Below, one piece after another: positions 1-7,837 of a DNA stretch of 38,885 bases; the first letter of the stretch is position 1; each line of letters starts with the position of its first letter. The stretch is from Trichomonas gallinae (lineage: Eukaryota), in contig MRSU01007649.1 of assembly GCA_008369845.1 (NCBI GenBank), positions 1 to 38,885 of the forward strand, read 5' to 3'. The notes beneath the pieces are model-generated. The model worked only from the letters and a program-made list of their open reading frames with translations. It was not told the origin of the DNA and made no database searches. Position numbers and translations under genes: made by a program.

Positions 1-426
1 TATCGTAAAAGCTTTTCCCTAGAATTCTTACATCGGATGCACCACCACCAACAGCCCCCGCGTAATAATAATTATGTCCTCGCATTTGGCCACTTCCACC
101 ACCATTAAACCCGCCATATTGTTCTCCATATGACTGAGAAGCTGTTCCCTCTCCTCCAACGAAAATGAAGCCATAGACTGATGTTTTGAGTGATAAAATT
201 CCCGATGCAAAACCGCCCAATCCACCATTTCCAAGCGAATAGCTGCCTCCTTGGGCACCATAGACGCTAATATTGTATGTCCCAGGCCCAAATTCAATGG
301 TATATGGAGTGCAATCAATTCTAGATGCACAAGGATAGCTGAACGTATAAAATTGATTGCGGCGATTGTTGACATTATCGATGCCCTTAACTCTATCAAG
401 CACAGCATAGGATATAGAAATTTCAT
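1..426 (-). pseudogene. Glycine-rich secreted/surface protein (ALK/LTK-like Gly-rich, PE-PGRS-like trichomonad family), frameshifted near the 5' end and truncated by the window edge
   Basis: A minus frame not in the ORF track reads FYTFSYPCASRIDCTPYTIEFGPGTYNISVYGAQGGSYSLGNGGLGGFASG...FVGGEG...GGFNGGGSG...GGGASDVRI and is open to base 1. This frame has no ATG before the domain. ATG at 426 (MKFLYPMLCLIEL, signal-peptide-like) is in a different frame, implying a frameshift. Confidence 0.75.
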
Positions 427-526
427 GCCATTACCATTCAAAACGAGAGAGCCATCAAATTCAGATGCAACGGTCAACCTTAAATCTCACAATTTAAAAT
501 TTTGATTACCAATTTTATACTCAAAT

Positions 527-700
527 TAGGGATGCAACTTTGGAAGATATTTTGGTTTCTGGATGGAAATAAAAACTTTTTGGAAGATTTTCTGGAAATA
601 ATCCTTCCAACAAACAAAATGTCAAAATTTTATCCGACCAAGAAGTTTTAAAAAATGGATTCTGGAAAATCCCAGGATTATTTCCAAATTTGCATCCCTA
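527..700. mobile_element. Non-autonomous hAT-like MITE, 174 bp
   Basis: TIRs: tagggatgcaactttggaa (527-545) and ttccaaatttgcatcccta (682-700), 18/19 complementary. The TAGGGATG terminus matches the Ac/Ds hAT TIR start. Flanks actcaaat (519-526) and attcaaat (700-707) resemble a 7-8 bp TSD with one mismatch. Several internal TGGAA/TTCCA repeats. Confidence 0.72.
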
Positions 701-874
701 TTCAAATATAACCATTTTGAAGAACGAAAATTGAAATATGATGTTAAAATCAAAAATTCGAAACAAAATAAATAAAATTTACGTGTCAAAAATTTGGCAT
801 GTAAAGTCATGTTTGTAAATTTATATACCAACAAGAATAAGTATTTTTTTTTATTTTAAATATAACAAAGTCGT

Positions 875-1519
875 TTAAATACTGATCCAAACTATAACAG
901 GTAAACTTGTTAGAATGATACATTTGGTCAATGTAATGCAACTATGTTGATAAAAGGTCTTTTCTTCCACGAAAAACAAAGGAAGAACTTTCGAAACTTT
1001 TCGTCCGCAAAATTCGTCGTAAGGGTAATTTTTTGGAACGTAGATCTTCAAAGAACTGTTGACACTACCAAATACAGGTTCATCTGCTATATCAGTGAAC
1101 GTCATAAAATCATAAATGTAGACTTGTTGCAAATTTGATTCTTTAAAGAATGCTTTACCAATACTTGAGCCTTTTGGAAAAGCGAATGACGTAATACTAG
1201 TGCCATAAAACATGTAAAGATTTAAATTTGTACCTTTGAAGCCATGTTCAAAAGTAATTTGTCGCAAATTTCGACATAAATTAAAAGTATCGCCTGCAAA
1301 GTAAACTATTGACTTAGGAATGAATGCTGTTTCGATTGATGTGGAATTGAAAAAGCTTCTGTAGCTGAATCCAATAACTTTTTTGTTGTTGAAGGAATCA
1401 GGAACAATGCAATCGACTAAATCGGTGTTCTTGAGGCCATTGTGTGATACAGAGCTTCCATCGCCAATGATGTATCCATTTTCATACGCTTTATAATAAA
1501 AATTGGCGTCTGATTCGAT
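875..1519 (-). pseudogene. BspA-like (TpLRR leucine-rich repeat) surface protein, 5'-disabled
   Basis: The frame is open from 1519, well upstream of the TTG-started track ORF: ...IVPDSFNNKKVIGFSYRSFFNSTSIETAFIPKSIVYFAGDTFNLCRNLRQITFE...KIYVPKNYPYDEFCG, with a hydrophobic C-terminus. In-frame TGA at 1520-1522 and no ATG until mid-protein. Confidence 0.7.
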
Positions 1520-2022
1520 TCAACGTAAATTTATGAAAATAAGGTTATTAATTACAACAATTTTTTTGAAACTATATTTTGATAACTTTTCATCATATCA
1601 ATAGCCAAAATGAATGCAAACTTCGTCTTTCGGTTGTTTATAGGTGCAAGTACATCAAAATTTGTTAACTTGAGCTTATTTTAATATTGCTTGAAGGAGG
1701 AAATTCCAGTAAAATCTCATCACCTTTTCTTGGAAAATGGCAATATTTAGAAGACAGATTTGACCTTTTACGATTTTTCATGTCAAAATAAATAGATTCT
1801 TGATTGTTCACATGTTAATCAGCAATATTTATGACAGAAGTATATACGATTCAGGATGTACAATGGTCACTACAACATTAATTTTCAATTTTCTGCAATG
1901 TTATAGAACAGATGAAATGTTTTTTAAAAATTCTGACAATTTGTCATTTTTTGTTTACAAAAAGTGCCAGTAAAATTTTCGATCAAAAAACCGAAATCTT
2001 CCTGACAAAAATAACAAATCTG

Positions 2023-2028
2023 TCATTT
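2023..2028 (+). promoter_or_regulatory. Initiator (Inr) element of the SRP receptor gene
   Basis: TCATTT ending 10 nt upstream of ATG 2039; matches the trichomonad Inr consensus TCAY(T/A). Confidence 0.55.
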
Positions 2029-2038
2029 TTTACTGACC

Positions 2039-3637
2039 ATGTTCGAATTCTACATCTTTCAGTCCGGCGGCCTCGTATTTTGGCCCCTCGACTGCGACTC
2101 AACGAGAAAAACGATCTCGATTGTCAACGAATGCATCCAGAAGCAACTTCTTGAAGGAAAATTGACGCAGGAAGTTTATGTGAAGGATAAAATGGCATGC
2201 TTGGTCTCCCAAGAGCCTGCTTATAACGTATTCGTTGCAGTTACCCTTCATCAACAAGTTGCTCAGCAGATAAATTATTTACCGAAGCTTCTTGATGATG
2301 TTTGCGCCAAATTCACACACCAATACCAACAGATTCTTAAAAGAACAGACATCATGCTCACTCCTAACCTATTTGATCGCTTTTCTGTTGACGATGTCGT
2401 CGATAAATACAGAGGTACTGTTGGCGTGCAGTTAAACCAGCCAAAATACACTATTCGCGATCTAGATGATGATAGTTATGATGACAACAACAAGAAAGGA
2501 ACGAGAGCAAGTTCTGCGCCAGCAAAGAAAAGATCTCCATCAAAAGAAAGGAAAAGACATACTTCTAAAGCAAATGACAACGTTGAGGAGCAGTCAACAG
2601 TCGTTGGTATGGAAGAAGTTTCTCATATTGAGAAAGTTGAAGTCAAACAATATAACATGGATGATTTTACAGGAGTTTTCCAGCAAAATCCAAACGCAAA
2701 CAAGTCTTTCTTCAGCGGCATACTCAAAGGCATCGTAGGAGAAAAGAAACTCGATGTAAAATCTCTTGAACCATTTTTGAAGGAATTCGAAACGCATCTG
2801 ATCTCAAAGAACGTCGCATCCAACATAGCTCATGAATTAACTACAGCTGTCGGACAGAAATTGGATGGAAGCAAGTGTGGAACATTCCAATCTGTTAAAT
2901 CAGTTGTTATGTCAACGCTTAGAGAACAAATAGAAAGAATTCTTACACCACATCGCAGCATTGATACTATCCGTGATATACAATTAGCCCAAAAGCAAGG
3001 AAAACCTTATGTATTTTCATTCATCGGAGTTAATGGTGTTGGCAAGTCCACAACACTAGCCAAAGTCGCATACTTGCTCAAGAGCCACGGATTTAAGGTT
3101 TTAATCGTCGGATGCGATACTTTCAGATCAGGTGCAGTAAAACAGCTCGCTGAGCACGCAGAACGCTTAGATATTGAGTTATTCCAGCGTGGCAATGACA
3201 GAAGAGATCCAGTTCCTGTTGCTAAAGATGCGATTCAATATGCTAAAGATAAGAAGATCGATGTCGTGTTGGTAGACACTGCAGGCCGTATGCAGAACTC
3301 TGAGGGTCTCATGAAGCAAATTGCACGCTTAATTAATGAAGTTAAACCAGATTTGTCTCTTTTCGTTGCAGAAGCACTTGTTGGTGGCAACGGTTCGGAC
3401 CAGATCACTTCATTCGACTCGAATCTAAAGAGATATGCTGGTGTTAAAGACGCAAAAGGTATTGATGGAATTGTTTTGACGAAATTCGATACAATTGATG
3501 ACAAAGTTGGTGCTGCTTTGACACTTGTATATGAAACTGGTCATCCAATCATTTATTTAGGTGTCGGCCAAACTTACAGAGATTTGCGAAGAATGAATCC
3601 GGAATTTGTTGTTGATACTCTCCTTTCAGGATTCTAG
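2039..3637 (+). CDS. SRPRA: Signal recognition particle receptor alpha subunit
   Basis: N-terminal longin-like start (FYIFQSGGLVFW), charged linker, and SRP-type NG GTPase domain with GVNGVGKSTTLAK, DTFRSGAVKQL, DTAGRMQ, TKFDTIDDKVGAA and GVGQTYRDL. Confidence 0.95.
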   Translation: MFEFYIFQSGGLVFWPLDCDSTRKTISIVNECIQKQLLEGKLTQEVYVKDKMACLVSQEPAYNVFVAVTLHQQVAQQINYLPKLLDDVCAKFTHQYQQILKRTDIMLTPNLFDRFSVDDVVDKYRGTVGVQLNQPKYTIRDLDDDSYDDNNKKGTRASSAPAKKRSPSKERKRHTSKANDNVEEQSTVVGMEEVSHIEKVEVKQYNMDDFTGVFQQNPNANKSFFSGILKGIVGEKKLDVKSLEPFLKEFETHLISKNVASNIAHELTTAVGQKLDGSKCGTFQSVKSVVMSTLREQIERILTPHRSIDTIRDIQLAQKQGKPYVFSFIGVNGVGKSTTLAKVAYLLKSHGFKVLIVGCDTFRSGAVKQLAEHAERLDIELFQRGNDRRDPVPVAKDAIQYAKDKKIDVVLVDTAGRMQNSEGLMKQIARLINEVKPDLSLFVAEALVGGNGSDQITSFDSNLKRYAGVKDAKGIDGIVLTKFDTIDDKVGAALTLVYETGHPIIYLGVGQTYRDLRRMNPEFVVDTLLSGF

Positions 3638-3769
3638 AGTATGTATACATTTTCTTTCTTATATTAAATCTTTACTATAATGTTCTAAAAACTATTATTT
3701 TGTAAAGTTTTCAAAATTCTTGACTAGAGAAAAATTTTTTGACAAATATAGGTTAAATTTTTTGTATTG

Positions 3770-3997
3770 ATGCAGATTTTCATCAAGGCACTCACATGCA
3801 AGCACGTCACACTCGAAGTTGAGCCAACAGACAGAATCGAGGACGTTAAGGCTAAGATTCAGGATTAGGAAGGTATTCCACTAGATCAGCAAAGATAGAT
3901 TTTCGCCGGCAAGCAATTAGAAGATGGTAACATACCCCAGGAGTACTCCTGCCAGAAGGATTCCACACTACACCTTATCTTTCATCTCCGTGATGGC
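3770..3997 (+). pseudogene. Ubiquitin pseudogene (single 76-codon unit)
   Basis: [77 protein letters not shown] at 3866-3868 (K33) and 3896-3898 (L43); terminal GG is mutated to DG. Confidence 0.95.
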
Positions 3998-4474
3998 TTA
4001 TATTATTGTATATTTATAGAGTTTGATCCAAATCTCTAGGTTATTTCGAATTCTATTTTCATATTATTTCAAAATTATAGTATTTTTTTATTGTGTGACT
4101 GAAAATAGAATGTAATGCATATAGAACTTCTAAAACATGAATTATTAGAAAGATTTGAAATAATTATCGATATATCATAAAATACATCAATAAATATATC
4201 GAATCTGAAGCTATACATAATAAATTTATAACTATTTATAAATGAATTTGAAAATTATTTTGAAATTTTAAAAATCGAAGATATCGACATCCTACTTTGC
4301 TACAATGATGTTATGTTTATTTCCATTTGATTAATAAATATTTTAGCAATTAAATCCGAAATTCAAAATATTGAAAAAATAAAATAATCTTCAAAAATGG
4401 AAATAAATTAGAAAATCAATTTAATCTGATGATAAAACTTACAAATATTTGATTCTTTTGCTATATTTTTTTTA

Positions 4475-5611
4475 ATGCGTGGAAGTTGGGAATCTTTTGT
4501 TGGAAGCAAATTAAAAGAATTGCAGAAGGGAGAAGCACTTCCTTACCATTTCGGCTGTATATCAAATCTATTGACAGGAAAGTCACCAAAGCCTCAAAAT
4601 ACAGAATATCAAATTAACGAATCATCAAGAAATCAAATTCAGATGAAAAACCAAGATGGAAAAGGTACACCCAGGTTCAGGAACTATTTTCCACGCTCAG
4701 ATGATCAAGAAAGCGATCATAATAATATTGAAGAAAAAAGACCTCAACCATTTAAATCGCCACGTGGAATACAGAACTCACCTCTACCCAAAAAACAGGA
4801 AACTGCAAAACAACAGCACGATTCTGATGATGGATGGTATACAAACGAAAATGTTAAAACTGCACAAAATAAAGTCGAAAAAGATGACGATTGGGAGATG
4901 CAAAAACAAAAATACTCACCACAAAGCAAGAATAACTCTCCAGAGCCGGTATTCAAACAAAATATCCCTGAAGAAGAAGAAGAATCGTGGGTTGAGATGC
5001 AGGTCACGAATGTAAATGACAACAAAAAGAAAATTTCAAAACGTCATATTAGAAATTCACCAGAAAACGAATCTGATAATAATTTGAATGAATATCAAAA
5101 TAAAAAAGAGAAGCCCAGCAAATCCTCGAAGCAAGAAGAATACGATGATCAGAACCGAGCAAACGATTCTGATGGATCTTGGGAATCAATTACTAGAAAA
5201 GAAGAACCTAAAGCAAATAAGCCGCCGCCAGTCTTTGCTGATTCAGATGGTGATGAATCGAGTGTCTTTGTGCCACCAAAAGCATCAAAACACAAAAAGA
5301 TTCAACAGAACTCGGAAACTGACAATGCAAGCGAGCATTCAGAGCGTCAATACTCTGATGTTGAGAGTAATGCTGATGATGACATGTTTAATTATGCAAA
5401 TGCATTTAGAGAAATTGGCGACGCTGTATTTGGCAAATATTGGGTACCTATTGATGACACAGTTGTTCCACGCTTGAGTTTGGACTCTAAATTATTGACA
5501 TCTTTTAGAGTAAAAAGATTCGAAAAATTATGCAAGCAATTGACAGAAACTTCGCGTGGTAACTCGCTTACATACTCGAGAAGAGTTGTATCAGACAACG
5601 AAGAAGAATAA
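4475..5611 (+). CDS. Hypothetical, largely disordered hydrophilic protein (378 aa)
   Basis: Long ATG-initiated ORF, rich in D/E/K/S/N, with recurring acidic-Trp motifs; no recognised domain. Confidence 0.75.
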   Translation: MRGSWESFVGSKLKELQKGEALPYHFGCISNLLTGKSPKPQNTEYQINESSRNQIQMKNQDGKGTPRFRNYFPRSDDQESDHNNIEEKRPQPFKSPRGIQNSPLPKKQETAKQQHDSDDGWYTNENVKTAQNKVEKDDDWEMQKQKYSPQSKNNSPEPVFKQNIPEEEEESWVEMQVTNVNDNKKKISKRHIRNSPENESDNNLNEYQNKKEKPSKSSKQEEYDDQNRANDSDGSWESITRKEEPKANKPPPVFADSDGDESSVFVPPKASKHKKIQQNSETDNASEHSERQYSDVESNADDDMFNYANAFREIGDAVFGKYWVPIDDTVVPRLSLDSKLLTSFRVKRFEKLCKQLTETSRGNSLTYSRRVVSDNEEE

Positions 5612-6259
5612 GATTTTTGATATTTTCAATATTTTGTTATTTTTTGCTTTAACTTTTAATTGTTTGAAGTTTTACTTGACATCATTTGAATTAAACCTTA
5701 ATAATATTTTTAAATTCTAATTATACAAATCCATTATTAAAATTCGATAATATTTGAACTAAAACCTATTAATTAGTCATATTATTATAAATACTATGAT
5801 GTATATAACGCTTCATAACATAATGAAATGATTTAAAAATTATAAATTTGAAGTTTATTGCGAGATATTTTTAAATTTTAATTTTTATTGTTTATTTTGA
5901 AAAAATAAATCGACAATTTTTCTCCATATGGCCATATTAATATATTCCTAGATTATAGCAAAAAAGCATGATTAATTTATATTAAAAATGTTTTTCAAAA
6001 AATTATATATCATTTAGCATTTTTGAAAATTATAATAATTTTAAGTATAAACAAACTAATAAAATCAGAGCAATTATTGATGTAGAACATTATTTATTCA
6101 TCAAAATAATTTTATACCAATCAGATTCTTAGATAATTTAATAATTACAAAATTATTAAATATTTAGCGGGGATATATATATAATAGCGAAATATTCAAT
6201 AAAAATCATAAAATATTTTTGATATTTTTTGGCGCCAAAAATTGAGAATTTATCAAAAA

Positions 6260-7198
6260 ATGAGCACGAAAGAAGGGGCTGAATCTGTGCGACCGGTTCC
6301 CAGTTCAGCCACAACGAGTGAAGTTGTGTCACAATGCGAGTATTCTGATGACGAAGTGTTCTCCACGAGTCAGCAAAATGACACTTTGCTTGAATCCCCT
6401 TCACATTTTATTCAAAAAGGTATGGAATCAATAGGAAAACAAGAGATAGAGAAATCAGTATCAAGCATATTATCAGCAGATGATTTTCGCAAATACCAAC
6501 CCGAATTAACTTTTCATAACCGACAAATAGTTGTAGAATGGATGTACAGAGTCTCTAAAAAGATATCATTGCCATCAGAAGTCCTCTATGGCTCAATAGC
6601 TTTGCTTGACAGAGTTTTTACATCATTTAAAGTATTGAAAGAAGACGTTCAATTGACTGCAATTACTTGCCTTTGGATACAGAACAAGCTCGATGAACGA
6701 CACAGACATCATAAACTAGCACTTTACGCTGCCGTTTGCCAGAATACTTTTCAACCCATTGATTTTGAGAAGAAAGAGATTGAAATCGTGAGCTTTTTCG
6801 GTGGACAAGTCGAATTTCAAACTGCTTTTAATATAATCAAGATCCTACTCGATGAAATTAATCAAACTCAAATGATTCGCTTTGTTCAGTTCTATTACGA
6901 TGTTTCACTGTTATCATTTAGATTCAATGAAGTTTCTGTTGCTGCTACAGCTGTGATAACAATACTTTGCGCTTTACAAGATATATGTCCATTAAAATCT
7001 TTATGTGAAAAATGCAACTTTGTTGAAGCAGACATCATGCAAGAAGCTACTCTATTGAATAAAGTATCTCAAACTGTAGTTCAAGGAAAAGAATGCGGAA
7101 TTTACGCAGAATATTGCACAAGAGACACTGCAATACTTGATAACCTTACCAAAGGTGCAGAATACTTCAAAACGTTCGCCAAACCAGATGATCAATAA
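6260..7198 (+). CDS. Cyclin (cyclin N-terminal box protein)
   Basis: Cyclin box RQIVVEWMYRV...LYGSIALLDRV...QLTAITCLWIQNKLDE...FEKKEIEIV. First ATG is at 6260; the track start at 6242 is TTG. Confidence 0.88.
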   Translation: MSTKEGAESVRPVPSSATTSEVVSQCEYSDDEVFSTSQQNDTLLESPSHFIQKGMESIGKQEIEKSVSSILSADDFRKYQPELTFHNRQIVVEWMYRVSKKISLPSEVLYGSIALLDRVFTSFKVLKEDVQLTAITCLWIQNKLDERHRHHKLALYAAVCQNTFQPIDFEKKEIEIVSFFGGQVEFQTAFNIIKILLDEINQTQMIRFVQFYYDVSLLSFRFNEVSVAATAVITILCALQDICPLKSLCEKCNFVEADIMQEATLLNKVSQTVVQGKECGIYAEYCTRDTAILDNLTKGAEYFKTFAKPDDQ

Positions 7199-7837
7199 TT
7201 TGTTTTGTATTATTTTATTTAAACTGTTTGTATTTCTTAAATATGATATTTTTATCGAAATAATGATAAGTAAAACATGTTTTGAGTATTTTATCATAAT
7301 CTCAGACTTTAAAGCAAAATATTCATTTGATCAAAAATATATTTTTAATTGATGTTAAATGCGATGAAAGTGTAATAAATTTTATAGAGAATTTGATATT
7401 TCATTTTAATTATAATTACAACTATATTGATTATTATTTCGATATTCTCATAAATATCTATAATTCTACTACTTCAGTTTATGATGAATATATACTTTGT
7501 TTAGTGCTTTATAGTATGATATAGTTTTTATAAATCAATCTTTAATATTTGGTAAATTTGCAAAATGAGAGTTAGTCCGTTAGAATAAGGTTAAATATTA
7601 AAACTCTTGAAAACGTTTTATTCAATTTGACCAAATATTTGATATATATTATAGATTTATTATCGAAATATGAAATAATATTTAATTTTTCATTGTTATT
7701 TCGAAATTTCATTTAGCATAGTACGATTTTTATTTAAAAATACGAAATAAATGATTGATTAGTATCAAAAGATATAATAAAAAAGAAAGAAAAGTTTTTC
7801 ATATTTTTTTTTTTTAGAATTCCCTGAGAACTTAAAA

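Noticed and set aside
28..505. Track ORFs 28..477 (-) and 251..505 (+) as genes
   Set aside because: They are off-frame or antisense shadows of the Gly-rich gene; only the short MKFLYPMLCL segment is likely real.
3770..3997. Alternative genetic code (TAG or TGA reassigned) explaining the in-frame stops
   Set aside because: The two ubiquitin TAGs align to different residues (K33 and L43) amid many missense changes. Long genes up to 2292 aa have no internal stops, and TAG and TGA terminate intact genes (3637, 36863).
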